From positions 460,084-516,304 of the forward strand of contig ML992514.1 in assembly GCA_010093995.1 (NCBI GenBank): DNA of 56,221 nt, in the 5' to 3' direction. The DNA comes from Elsinoe ampelina (taxonomy: Eukaryota). The translations under genes and the position numbers were made by a program. A model generated the notes under the pieces. That model saw nothing but the letters and a program-made list of their open reading frames with translations. It ran no database searches and was not told where the DNA came from. Below are positions 40,651 through 53,267 of this stretch, piece after piece (positions within the stretch are counted from its first letter, which is position 1; each line of letters opens with the position of its first letter).

Positions 40651-41004
40651 GTCAGTCCCCTTTTTCGCTTCTCACATGCCAAGCATCTGAACCCCGCCAT
40701 CCTCGTCACCGCTGTCATCACCACCACCTTCACCACCACCTTCTCCAGCATCACTCTCCTCCTCACCACCGCCCTCACTACACTCCACGTGCCTCTTCCT
40801 CGTCGCACGTGCCAGCTCCGCCCCGCTGCTGCCTACGCACGGTCCACCTCTCCAGATATATATACTTCCTCACCCCCCGCCACCAACCTTCCTCCAAACA
40901 CTCCACTCCTCCACCTCTTCTGCCCTTCCGCCTCTTGCCTTTGCCTTTTGGCCTTTGCCTCTTGGCTCTCGACCTTCTACTCACACATACTCACCATCCA
41001 TCAG
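40651..41004 (+). promoter_or_regulatory. Putative 354-nt pyrimidine-rich 5'-UTR intron of the Argonaute gene
   Basis: AAG|GTCAGT donor at 40651, branch-like CTCAC at 40990-40994, CAG acceptor ending at 41004, about 30 nt before the ATG. Confidence 0.45.
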
Positions 41005-41033
41005 TTCCCCACTGATTTCTCCTCACTCTCAAC

Positions 41034-43928
41034 ATGTCCGGCGCTCAAAAGCGTCGCGGCGAGAATCGACCTTCGCCGGATCGCTCCTCCGCCGGGAGCT
41101 CATCCGGCCGTCACCTCACCACCTCGACTCCGATCACCTCACTGTCACAGTATGACGGTAATCGTGATGAAGGCAGCAAGGCTGTCATCCCGATCAACAA
41201 GAACATCGATATGAGTGTCACTATGTGGAATCATGTCAACGCAGAACCCGTCGCCATTCAGAAGCGTCCAGCCCCGATCAAGCTGGGTCGCGAGGTCCAG
41301 GTCAAGTTGAACACTTGGGACGTCTCAAAGCTCCCGACCGCACCCATCTACCAGTACGACGTCCTGGTTGGCAAGGGCGACGAGAATCGCGGCCTCATCA
41401 GAAAGGTGCTCTCTTCCAAGGCTCTTCTGCAGGGTCTTCCCAACGGCCATCGTTGGATCTTCGATTCCAACAAACTTGCCTGGTCCGTCGAAAACGCTGA
41501 CCGTGAATTGCGCATCTCTGTCGACCTCGACGCCGAGCAGAATCGCCAGCCCAACCCAAAGAAGCCGAACGTCCATTACGTTATCATCAAGAAGTCAACC
41601 ACAATCAAATTCGACACTTTGACGGCATACCTCGAAGGCAAGGGTGATTTCGACCAGAAGGGTCTCGAGACGATCAATTTCTTAGATCACCTTCTTCGCC
41701 AGGGGCCCTCCAAGAACCTTACAGCTATCAAGCGCAACTTCTTTCAAAATGGAGGTGGACAACGATTCCAGCTCGGTGGAGGTCTCGAGGCAGCTAAGGG
41801 TCTTTACCAGAGCATGCGCATTGTCCACGCCGCGAATGGTCGCCACAAGTTGAGCGTCAACGCTGACGTCGCTAATTGCGCTTTCTGGATCCCTGGTCCA
41901 CTGTCCAATCTGGCGGCGGCTCTTCTCAACTGTCGTGGCGAGGCTGACATTGCACGCATGGCCTTCGGACCCGCTGCTGCTTTCCGCCTGCGCCTCCTCA
42001 AGAGGGTTCACGTCGAGGCCAAGCATCGTGGAGAGATCGATTACTACACCATCGACCGGTTCACCGATATTCCTGCCAGCCAGCAGAAGATTCCCGACGG
42101 TGACCACAAAGGCCAAACTGTGGCGGAGTATTTCCGCAGGAAGTACAACATCACCTTGCGGCACCCAGAGTGGCCATTGGTTAAGATGACCAAGGGAAAG
42201 AACACCGTCGTCCCGCTTGAGGTGCTTTCAGTCGGTCATAACGAGCGGTTCGCCGGCAAGATTGACGAGCGCCAGACAGCCAACATGATCAAGATGGCCG
42301 TCACTCTCCCAGCCCAACGCTGGGGCGACATTCAGAACGGTCTGTCTATGGTCAACTGGGCTCGTGATCCATACCTGAACGGATATGGTTTGCAGATCAG
42401 CACTGAGCCTGTCGTCGCCAAGGGTCGTCTGTTGCCCAACCCGAAAATCATGTACGCCAACGGTCCGGTCGATCCCAAGACCTTTGGGCGATGGAGGGTC
42501 GATGGCAGGAAGTTTCTGACTCCCAATAAGCTTCCACTGAGCTCATGGGGTGTTTGCGTTGTTCCAGACAACCATGTTCGTGCTCAGAAGCCTGACAAGG
42601 CGACCATTGACAAATTTGTCAACGAGTTCATCAAGATTTACACTGGTCATGGAGGAAAGGTAGAGGTTAAGACACCTTTCATGTATCTATCTCCGCCAAA
42701 CTCGGAACCCCAGGACATCGTCAAGAACGCCTATCAAGGAACCGGTATGCACTTCAAGAAGGATCCGCAGCTCATCTTCTTCGTTCTGCCATCCAAGGAT
42801 GCTATGCTCTACGGTAGGATCAAGAAGAACACCGAGTGTCGCTTCGGTGTCCCCTCGCAGTGCGTGCAATTCGCCAACGTCCAGAAGGCTCAGGCTCAAT
42901 ACATCTCGAACGTCTGTCTCAAGGTACACATGAAGTTGGGCGGAACCATCGCTCGCGCCGCCGGTCCAGTCACAGGCAAGGGCGATACCAGCATCTTCAA
43001 AGTTCCGACCATGATTGTCGGAGCGGACGTCACTCATCCACCTCCCATGTCTCAGGGCATCCCGATCGACGAGCAGACTGGATCTATTGCTGCAATCACT
43101 TGCAGCATGGACAAGGCTGGTATTCGCTACGTCGCCGACACCCAGACCAACGGCTGGCGTGTTGAGATGATCCAGACGGATAACTTCACCAAACTTTGGA
43201 AGCCTATGCTCCAGCGCTGGATGACTCAAGTCGGTGGTGGCCAGTTTCCCAAGCACATATACTACTTCCGCGATGGTGTCTCTGAGGGTCAATTCGCGTC
43301 TGTTCTCAACCAGGAGGTTCGCGACATGAAGGCCATCATCAAAACCGTCAATCCGAAGGCCGATGTCAAATTCGTCGTGATCATCGCCACTAAACGTCAC
43401 CACGTTCGCATGTTCCCGAATCCCCAAGACCAGTCGTCTTCCGACAAGAACGGCAATCCTCTCCCGGGTACCGTGATCGAGACCGCGGTCACTCACCCCT
43501 ACGAGAACGATTGGTTCATGTGCAACCATGTCGCACTCAAGGGTACAGCGCGCCCGACCCACTATCACTGTCTCGTCAACGAGCCAGGCATCAGCAACGA
43601 GGACTTGATGACATTGATCTACGAACACTCCTATCAGTTCGGCCGTGCCACCACGCCAGTATCTCTGTTCCCAGCATGCTACTACGCAGACATTGCTGCC
43701 CTTCGTGGCAAGTTCCACGACTCCAAGTTCGGGTCCAACCCTGTCGGACAGTCTCATCCAGCCCGTGGCCGAGAGGAATCGTCACGTCCGACTGGGTCTG
43801 CCAGCCCTGCCCGCGCCGGCTCTCCATCCCGTACCAAGACTGGCTCCTCCAACAGTGCTCCAAGTACCGTTCCCGAGCTTATGCCGCTCAAGACTGCTGT
43901 CCTTGCGGAGACTATGTGGTGGGTCTGA
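41034..43928 (+). CDS. Argonaute (N-L1-PAZ-MID-PIWI), 964 aa, intronless CDS
   Basis: TVAEYFRRKYNITL (PAZ), GVPSQCVQ and KLGG (MID), VGADVTHP, RVEMI, YFRDGVSEGQF, KRHHVRMFP, GTARPTHY, RATTPVSLFPACYYAD, C-terminal TMWWV. Confidence 0.97.
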   Translation: MSGAQKRRGENRPSPDRSSAGSSSGRHLTTSTPITSLSQYDGNRDEGSKAVIPINKNIDMSVTMWNHVNAEPVAIQKRPAPIKLGREVQVKLNTWDVSKLPTAPIYQYDVLVGKGDENRGLIRKVLSSKALLQGLPNGHRWIFDSNKLAWSVENADRELRISVDLDAEQNRQPNPKKPNVHYVIIKKSTTIKFDTLTAYLEGKGDFDQKGLETINFLDHLLRQGPSKNLTAIKRNFFQNGGGQRFQLGGGLEAAKGLYQSMRIVHAANGRHKLSVNADVANCAFWIPGPLSNLAAALLNCRGEADIARMAFGPAAAFRLRLLKRVHVEAKHRGEIDYYTIDRFTDIPASQQKIPDGDHKGQTVAEYFRRKYNITLRHPEWPLVKMTKGKNTVVPLEVLSVGHNERFAGKIDERQTANMIKMAVTLPAQRWGDIQNGLSMVNWARDPYLNGYGLQISTEPVVAKGRLLPNPKIMYANGPVDPKTFGRWRVDGRKFLTPNKLPLSSWGVCVVPDNHVRAQKPDKATIDKFVNEFIKIYTGHGGKVEVKTPFMYLSPPNSEPQDIVKNAYQGTGMHFKKDPQLIFFVLPSKDAMLYGRIKKNTECRFGVPSQCVQFANVQKAQAQYISNVCLKVHMKLGGTIARAAGPVTGKGDTSIFKVPTMIVGADVTHPPPMSQGIPIDEQTGSIAAITCSMDKAGIRYVADTQTNGWRVEMIQTDNFTKLWKPMLQRWMTQVGGGQFPKHIYYFRDGVSEGQFASVLNQEVRDMKAIIKTVNPKADVKFVVIIATKRHHVRMFPNPQDQSSSDKNGNPLPGTVIETAVTHPYENDWFMCNHVALKGTARPTHYHCLVNEPGISNEDLMTLIYEHSYQFGRATTPVSLFPACYYADIAALRGKFHDSKFGSNPVGQSHPARGREESSRPTGSASPARAGSPSRTKTGSSNSAPSTVPELMPLKTAVLAETMWWV

Positions 43929-44544
43929 GGGCCCTTCCACACATCAACATCTGAGTTTCACTCAGCCAGCTTTGAGCTTTTCACTTCACGACTGCAACGA
44001 CAAATAATGATACGACACTGAAACGAGAAAACATTACCAAAAAAAAAAAAAGAATCTGCTTTTCCGCGCTTGTATACTAGATCGACATCGACATGGCTTT
44101 CTCAAGGGAGCTCCGGGAGGAATTGGGACAGCGAAGGACACGTCACGGACCTTCCGATAGCAATTGCAGCTCTACGCCACGTAGCTACAAATCGTCGGAA
44201 TGTATTATATGTAAAATACTTACTGTGCCCTTGTGCTTGTGCTTGTGATCATGACTGTGACCCTACCTCTGACTTCAGATCGCCGAGTATTAGCAGAATA
44301 TCTAAGAGTAGACTTTCGAAATGATCATGCAGATGGTAAGAGCTTTGACTTGGTATTCGCTTGCTTCCGAACATGCTCGTCTGGTTGTGGTACAGTCTTC
44401 AACTTCCCAGTGAGTCTCTGCCTGCCTTCTTTTGGCCCCTCATCCTTCCCTCTCCGACTCGTGGTCACTCTACCTCGGATCCTCCATCCTCAAGTTGTGT
44501 TGATGCGAGTTCCAACGCAGTACTGCTCCGCCCGTCCGCACCCT

Positions 44545-45000
44545 CTACTTCTTCGTCACGCCCACCTTCTCCTCCAAGCTCTTCACATATCCTTCTACCC
44601 GCTGCACCGCGTTTTGAAGGGTCTGCATCCTATCAGTCGCTGTCTGATTGATTCCAACTAGCCTGAACTCACATAGATATCCTCGGTCAACAGCTGGTTC
44701 GAGACCTTGTACTCATCGATCACATAGTAGTAAAGAGCCGAGCCAGCAAGTGTCGAGCCCAGAAGAAAGCCAAGTAGACTGTTCGTTGTCAATACACCTT
44801 CTCTTCCAAACCTCCACAACACATGGACATGCGACATACCCTCCTCTAAAAGCTCCAACGGGTTTCCGTACCGGCACAGGAGCAACGATCGGTTCTCTCC
44901 GCGCCGCCGACACAGAGAAGTTGCGCACTCCAGCCATTGACATGACTCCAGATTGTCTCGTAGGGCCACGCGCCAATTGCAAAAGTATCCTGCTCGACAT
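44545..45000 (-). CDS. Small fungal mitochondrial single-TM protein with coiled-coil tail (3 exons), function unknown
   Basis: Presequence-like MSSRILLQLARG...RNFSVSAARR, RKPVGAFRGG|LLGFLLGSTLAG, EYKVSNQLLTEDIY|TLQNAVQRVEGYVKSLEEK; two GT-AG introns restore the frame. Confidence 0.8.
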
Positions 45001-45361
45001 TGTGTGTGATGTGCTGTGTTTCAAGCTGTCAAGGCCCCTCGTGCTCATTCGAAGAAGCTCTGGAGTCGCTCCGCACGCTTCCTCAAGCAAGTCCAGCCGA
45101 GCAACCCCAACCTCGGCCGGCAAGTCTAAACGCGATCCAGGTTGAAACACTTCCTTGCTCCAAAATGCTGGCAATCTCTTGGTACTGAGCCGCTCTTTAT
45201 CACACTCCTTTTCCTTCTTCGTAAACTTCAGGAGATGCTTTTTTCTGGCGTTACCTGGCGACGGAGAAAACGGAAAGATCCAATTCTTTCACCCTAGACT
45301 CACGACAGACGACAGCAGCCACCCCCCCAGATATCTCAAACTTTGATACAGCCTCGCCACC

Positions 45362-47668
45362 ATGACAGACGACAACATCTCCTGGCTCAACCGCGCCACG
45401 ACCTGGGCCACCCGCCGCAGCTCCGACGACAGCCGCGCCTCCCGCAACGCATTCGGCGGGCGCCACATCACGCTCAACACACCCAATGGCGGGACGATAC
45501 GCCGTCCACACGTCGAGCGGGAGCAGAGCAGTCGCAGCATCTCCGAGGCGATGAGGATGCTGCGATCGAGCGAGGAGCAGCAGACCCTGTTGGGGGATGA
45601 CGAGTTGGCGGACGACGATGGGTGCTTCCCGCCGCGGAAGAATGATGATCCTCATGCGGAGAATCCACATGCGGATTTGCCGGTGTATACGACGATTCAT
45701 AGGATTAGGAGGTTGGTGATTGCTAGTATTGGTGAGTCGGTGGCCAATGGGGGAGGGGGGCGTAGGGGCTGACGAGGGACAGATGATCCGTATGATAGAG
45801 CGATGTTGATGTCGCCGAGGGTGAATGTGGCGATTGTGAGGCCGTTAGTGGACCATCTTTACGACCCAGATGATGTTTCGATTGTTTATTGTTTGTTGGT
45901 CAACAGGGTGCAGTTTCTCCGCGAGCAGGCGTATCAGGCGCATCATCAGACTGTGAATGTCACGAGGGCGAATTTGTGCGAGATTGTGGCCGCGAGGATC
46001 TTGCGCAAGTATGATGATGATCATACCGGACGGTCGGGCTTGCTGGGGCTGGCAAACGTTCTAGTCGCGGGTTTTGGACCGTTTCAAAATGCGCCGGCAG
46101 AGGTCATGGTTGATCGGAGACAGCACACGTGGGCGATTGAATCGTTACTGGATCCGACCAAGAAGCGCACGCTGACGGCTCTCGAAGTTGCGATTGTTTC
46201 AGAGAGTAAGGTCTTCCTCGCCACTACAGCGTGCCAGAAGGTCGTCGATGCTGTCTGGAGAGGTCGAATCACTTACACACCCGATTCCTGGCTGGATCTG
46301 GTCCCTGATCGGTATAAGCGCCGCAATATCAGTCTATACGATCCACGAAGGGCACCACTTCTGAATCAATATCGCCTCGTTGTCCCTCGTGTACGCAACA
46401 TTATAGAAACAGCACAATTTCTTATCCTCTTTGTATTGTACATCTTAGCTATGGCCAACAAAGCACATACCATCGGACCCACACATCTACAATTCACGAC
46501 AGAAGAGCTACTCTTCACCATCTTCGGCATGGGCTGGGTTCTCGACGAATTTGCCTCTGTCCTCGAACACGGCTGGAGTGTTCACACCGAGAATCTCTGG
46601 TCATTCCTCGACCTTACCTTTGTAGTCATCTACTCCACCTACTTCGGCCTCCGCATGCACGGCCTCGCCACCAACAGCGGCGCCCTCGGGAAGCAAGCCC
46701 TCGACGTCCTCGCTCTCGCCGCACCCATCCTCCTCCCCCGCCTCGCCTTCTGCCTCATGTCAGAAAGCATGCTCTTCATCGCCCTCCGCGCCATGATGGC
46801 CGACTTCCTCTTCCTCACCGTTCTCGCAGCCTGGTGCTTCGGGGGCTTCCTCCTCGCGATGCGCTGGCTCAACGAATCCCAAGAAGGCTTCGCGTCACAC
46901 AACCCCATCGACATTGCCAAATGGATGGTCTACCTCTGGTTCGGCCTCGACGGGACGGGGATCCAAACATCGCCTGAATTCCACCCCACCCTCGGCCCTT
47001 TGTTAATGGTAACCTTCACCTTCCTCGGCAACTCGCTCTTCCTCACCATCCTCGTCGCCATGCTGTCGGACACATACAGCAAACTCGCCGCGTCCGCGAC
47101 GGCCGAGATCCAATTCCGGCGCGCAGTCCTCACCTTCGAAGGCGTCAAAGCCGACGCCCTCTTCTCGTACCCGCCGCCCTTCAACGTGGTCTTCCTCTTC
47201 GTCCTCCTCCCGCTCAAACTCGCCACCACCCCGCGGTGGTTCCACAAGCTCAACGTCTCGTTCGTGCGCGTCCTCAACGCGCCCGTCCTGCTGCTCATCT
47301 CGCTCTACGAGCGCAGGTACCTCTGGAAGCGAGGCGGCGCGGACAACCTGCGCGGCCGCGGGGTGTGGGCTAGTTTCTGGGAGGGGTTCGGGGCCCACGC
47401 GGATTTGCAGATGGTGTTTGAGCAGGAGCCGCCCGAGGAGGTGGCGGAGCGTATGGATGAGATGGATCAGGCTTTTACGGATGAGCTGTGGGAGAATGCG
47501 GAGGGGTGGGTACAAGGGGGTGGGGTGAGGGGGGGTTTGGGGATAGGGTTGGCCGGGGCTGGCAGGGGGAGAAGGGGGAGTATGAGCGTTAGTGAGGCTG
47601 GGAGTGTTTTTCCGAGGGTCAAGAGGGTGATGAGTGCGAGGGAGGGGGTTGGGCCGCCGGGGGTGTAG
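45362..47668 (+). CDS. TRP-like non-selective cation channel (Yvc1-related family; 2 exons)
   Basis: HRIRRLVIASI|DDPY (intron 45732-45782), VYCLLVNRVQF, TALEVAI, RLVVPRVR, several TM helices, FLGNSLFLTILVAMLSDTYSK, EIQFRRAVLTFEGVKADALFSYPPPFN. Confidence 0.88.
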
Positions 47669-50600
47669 ATAGAGATGGGTATGGCATTGTTGAACAAGTT
47701 AAGGGACGTGCCTGTGTTTGTGAAGCGGTGTGATTGTCAATGACGAGGTGCAGTCTATGGATACATGGGATTGCAGGATTGGTCAGGTGAGGAGCTTTCA
47801 GACTTGACCGAAAGCATCATGAAGAGCCGCCTGCATGTGCGGCATGTGTGAGAGAGGATGGAGAAGTACGCAGGGCCATCTTTGAGCCTACCGGGAATTC
47901 GTCCGCGAGCTTGTGTCAAGGCTTCACGTTAACGTAGGACGGGCAACGCTCGGCCATGTGGGCTTTGGTGTGACAGCGGGTATAGCAATCAAGTGTTGTT
48001 ACCGTGGGCGATCGACCTTACCTCTGTAGATCATCGCGATGGTCGCGAGTGTAAGCACAGTAGTGCGCGCCCAACCTTGAGCCGTGTTCATCCCTACCCA
48101 GGGACGAGGCGGTGGCGTTCGTAGTTCGCCGTTCTGTGAGGGCGAGCTCTAGCAGCCACGTTGCTGGTCTCGTTAGGCACCAACATCGGTGTGACGTGAG
48201 AAACAACCACGAAGAAGGCCTGGGCCCGTTGTGGAGAGAGTTTGCTTCTGTAGATGATGCTGTCTTTCGTCAAGGGCAAGTAGATGCTGTGGGGTAGTCG
48301 TTGAGTGATGCTGTTGCGGCGAACAAGCTCTGAAATAGTCGATAAGTATTTGTGATGGTGATTCTGCATGTCAAAGGTAGCTTCCGACGTGCGGCTCTAG
48401 GGGAGGTTGTCACTGCTTGATTAGGAAAGAGATGCGGGTCGAGAATGGTTGAGAGGATGCGTAATATGGCCGCCGTTCTTCGTGGTGTCTTGGGACGTCA
48501 AATTGGGTCATTCACCTTGCATGCAAATCACCTCTGCTAGTTGTGCTGACTGCACATGCTTGCAATACATTTGGTCAGTGATCCCTGTTTTCCGTCACAG
48601 ATCCATCCAGTCGCTAGGTTGTTTGGGGGCGGAGAGCAAGTGAGGAGCTGTTGGTCCAGACACGCGGGACATCCAAGGTCTTGGAACCAGCAAAATCAGG
48701 GGAGATAGGATTACCTATATTTACAAGCACGATCAAGCACTCGCCTTGTCATGGTCATGCGAACCGGGCAGCAGTATGTCGCAAGTGTTGTCTGATGTTC
48801 GGACAGAAAGGTGTGGTGTATATTGTGTGGATCGGGGCTTGGAATGTGGCTTGCGCATAAAACTTGTGCATACGCGTATAAGTTTTCCGGTATGCGCGCG
48901 CGCGTATTCGTCGCAAACTACGCCAATCGAAAAGCCCCATCCTTCGAAAGTCGTTGCGTGCTGCCTGTTAGTGATCGCACCAGAGCCAAGACACGTGTAC
49001 CATTGGCCAAAAATGCGATGAATCTCAACGCGGACCTGATAGTGCCGTAGCCATGGCAGGCGAAATGAAGAAAGGCAGCTACAGTGGAGTTGTTGTACAC
49101 ACATACTTCTCAGCCCTCGACTTCCAAGACAACCGTCGCTCGGACAAGAGCGTGGGAAAAGGCCTCTATTTCGTTGAGCGCCAAGGCCATGGGTCGGCCG
49201 GGCCGAGATTCACGGACATCAGGGCTCGAGACACGGCCTGCGCTCGTGCACTGGTTCGCGCGTGACTTTTGATTTGGTATGAGTCGATGACACTTCTACC
49301 AGAAGACGGAGACAAGAATAATTCCGATCGCTGAAGGATTTACCTCAAGCTCCTTCCGCATATGATCTACCGATAATAATCAGGAACCCAATATACCATG
49401 GCTTGGCTGATGTCGAGTGTCAATGAAGGTTTTTATGAAAACCACGCGGCATGTCAAGTGACTTTTGCTGCGCCTGAAGATTGCGAAGACGATACCGTTC
49501 GAACCCACCGCTCTCGGATGTTTGGTGCGAATGGTTATTCCCGGACGGCATTGCAGATCCTTTTACGTTGATCATAATGCTAGTATGGCCGATGCAAGCC
49601 ACGCGCAATCGCTGGGTAGCAAAGTATTAGGGCATGTCTAGCCTCGAAGACAACACGACGACCAGTGGTAGGAGACATGGCATTGTCTGAGACCTCAACC
49701 CGAACCGTGGTGATAGAGCCACCACCACTCAGAGAGAGCCAGAACCCAAAGAGCAGAAACGCTTCATTGCCTAGCACAATAGATCCGGAGTTTATGCATG
49801 CTATGGTCCTTGAGTTGAGGCCGTGGCTGAGGTCGGTAGCACTTTACCTCCGTCGACCGCCATTCAATTATGTTTTAGTCTTTACGGCTCACTGACCCGA
49901 ACGATGAAATGATTGTCCATCTGGAACATGCCGACCAGTCTTGTAGCTAGCACCCCTGTCAATCGAAGCAAGGGATGACGTTGACCTACCAGCAGACTTG
50001 CAATAGTCTGAACGATGCGTTCGAGAGCAAAGCTGGTGCACAACATCATGACCGATGCAGACTTGCATCAGTCGACGGCGCCGGAATCACAAAATACAGT
50101 GTGAGCTGCATGTGTTTTGGCAGGGTTGGTCCTTGCTCTGGTTGGCCAAAGTGGAACCACAAGCACGTCGGCGATCGTCAACGTCACTCTACAACGGTAC
50201 TCGTCCTTGACTCTATGCGACAGGAATACTCGTACGTTTGGGGCTCGCGCGTATAGAGAAAGGATGGGAATCGTGGCTTCTTCTATGCATGGCAACTTCC
50301 AGACAGTACCCTTCTCATGTCTATACATAGCCAATGTTCGACACGTATCAACCTCCATAGTAGTGACTGTTAGCAAGTACCATTCGGTCGGATTTTAGAA
50401 GATAATGTCCTAGACGGAGCAACGGACGAACCGACCCACCGACCCCGCTCATCTCCCATGACTCGATCCAAGAAAAACATCCGAGTGCTGACACAACATC
50501 CTCGCATAGTTTCCGCTCGTTTCTGCTCTGGCTCTGACCAAACCTGACCCAGTCCTGAGTAATCTTTTCGGGGGATCAACCAATCATCACCCCACGTCCA

Positions 50601-51319
50601 TCGAACGGCGCCAGGTAGACCTTCGTTACTCATGGCTCACAAGCAGAGCACCTCGTGCCGGACCCTCACCTCTCATCATCCGTCCGAGCCACCACGCGCG
50701 TCTGCCTCTGCACTCGTCAAAGAAATGCATCTTCCGTCCTCCGAGTCTCCACCTGGCAAAGCTTTTTGGCGCGCTTGGTATCGCTCGTGGCATGCCCTGG
50801 AGTCCTGGACCTGACCTTGGGTTCCGAGAACCGTTGGGTTTCATGCACAAGTTGTTGCATTTTGTATAAACCCACCACCACATTTCGATCCACTCTGTCG
50901 TTAGGTTTCCTGCCTTTCCATATAACAATCCCTCCCCCTTTGGTTTCCACGCTAAGCAAGACTTGTCAACATTTCACCTACTCTGAAATCACACTAACGT
51001 CGAGGAACTCGCCACTACACCTACCTCTACTGCGCTCACCAAATATATCGTCATCAACGACATCGGCCCAGCTTTAATCATCATCACCAAATTTGCTGAC
51101 ATTACCGCTGCTGTTGGTCTCGCGAGATAATACTGCCTTATCGAGTCCTGTGGCTGCATCCTTCTTCCCTATTCGGTTTTGTCAGCTTAGATCACTCCGA
51201 CCCCGACACAAGTACCAGGCCACCTCCTACTAAGACACAACACTGCCTCGTACCACCATATTAAACTACAACTTGCAGTCGCTCCCCAATAATATTATTC
51301 GTGCTGCTACATACAAGAC

Positions 51320-52348
51320 ATGTCGTCGGCACCAGCGCGGACGCCGTCCGACAGTTCACAACATGCAGACAACCTTCGCAAGCGAGTCGGCAAAGCTTGC
51401 GATCGTTGCCGCCTGAAGAAGTCAAAGTGCGATGGTACTAGTCCTTGCTCTCGGTGTAGAGCCGACAATGCCATCTGCGTTTTCGGAGAGAGGAAGAAGG
51501 CTCATGATAAGGTCTACCCAAAAGGGTATGTTATTCGTTGCCACCGCCGGATTCATCTCTAATTCATCTTCAGCTATGTTGAGATGCTTGAGCAACAACA
51601 GAGTCAGCTCGTTGCTGGTCTTCAAGAGACGTATCGCCGTCTGCTAGCCGCCAACCTCTGGCCAGGCTCCGCCCTGGATGAGAGAGAAGGTCATCCATTG
51701 ACTCACGACATCCTCTCCGCTCTTGGCATCATACACCACAAGTCAGATGGATCGCTTGACATGTTCGAAGAGGATCCCGAGAAGCTACAACAACGCTTGG
51801 TCGCTCATGGCGCCCCGTATATGCACAGACGAGGATCTGTCAGCTCCGATTCTGACCACAGCACGACCCACAGCCACAAGCGCCCAAGGTCAATGATCGA
51901 TTCTCCCATCTCCTCACCCGCTCAGTCTTCTTTCCGGAAGAGCTTCGACCACGATCGGAGTACTGCTTCTCCAGTGAGCGCACACCATGCGCAACTCCCC
52001 AACAAGTCGCGGCATCCTCACAGGCCATCACCGCTTCACACCGAGTCACCTGTCATTGAGAATTTGCCCAACATGGAAGAGGACGCTCTCATGTCCGCCT
52101 GGTCATGGCAGGATATGCCTTCCGACACTCTGCCATCACAAGAGCCACAATTCACTTTCCCGCCGAACCAGAACTTCAACATGCTCGACACCTGGCCAGG
52201 TATGGGAGCTCAAGGTTTTGACCCGACATTCATGGCACAATATCCTGCTGGACTGCCGACCAACTTTGACTTTACTAATCTACAACAAATACAAAAAGAG
52301 CCAATGGATCTCGACTTGAGCCGATATATGCCAGTCGCTTCTTCTTAG
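51320..52348 (+). CDS. Zn(II)2Cys6 transcription factor (Fcr1-like; 2 exons)
   Basis: RKRVGKACDRCRLKKSKCDGTSPCSRCRADNAIC; intron 51526-51573 restores YPKGYVEMLEQQQ...GLQE...GHPLTHDIL. Confidence 0.92.
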
Positions 52349-53267
52349 ACCTCCACTTGGAGTAACAACAACCTTTTCTTCTTGTACGATACATACGAAA
52401 TAATGCAAGTCGCTCCGTCGACACCATGGTGCGCTTTATCTTTTGGGAAGCAAATCGTGCAGGATACAAGCCGGCGCTGAACACTGTACGAATACGAATA
52501 TGGATGGGCACGAATGCAAGAGCTTGTTGGACTGCTTAGACGTTTGGATAGAATACACGTAGACACCGAGGCCACCCAGCCCAAATTTTCGATCTTCCTC
52601 TACTCTTCAGCTTCATTTTGCGCATGCCGTTGAAAGTGCACATGTTTGTCCGACTCTTTCGGCCGAGAGCTTATGTCGGGCCGAATGTTTTTTTGACGAC
52701 AGTTGTAGTAATCACGCATGAGTGGATTACACATCACGTCTGGTGATCCCTCACGTTATTGCTCATCACGAATAACTAATCATTACTAGCAACACATGCA
52801 ACGACTCTCATCCATCCCGAATGCACCTTCATACCAAGCAGACTAAAATCAATGCCGAGCTTGCATCTTGATCACACGGTACACACCCTTGTCCACATGA
52901 CACGTTTTCGTCGATCATGAAAATTGAATGAACCACATTCGAGGAACAGATCGACATCCCTTCTAGAAGACGTCTAGAAAAACTCTCTCTTCTTCTGGGT
53001 AGAGATGCGGCTCTGTTTCGGGTCGGACAGATCAGCCAAAATTCCATCGACGATGCCCTTTTGCCGCCAGTCTTCGCCTGACCTTTGCCCCGCCATCTGT
53101 CCTGAGGGGCAGAAGAGCTTCATTTTATCCGGTGGGGGTTGAATTCGCACTCCATCCTTGTCAAAGAGGAGATCTGCTCGTCACAGGTAAACCGCGTAGG
53201 TCTTCATTTCTCCATCTTTACAGCCTTTTTCGTCTACATCTCCGCAGCCTCACACACCACCGCCAAC

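Noticed and set aside
40480..41214. 244-aa ORF overlapping the Argonaute start
   Set aside because: GTG start and low-complexity L/T/P/H composition arising from C/T-rich promoter, UTR or intron sequence.
53187..53223. Possible 37-nt 5'-UTR intron and upstream in-frame TTG start of the aldose epimerase
   Set aside because: Very short with no clear branch point; ATG 53268 already gives a complete protein.
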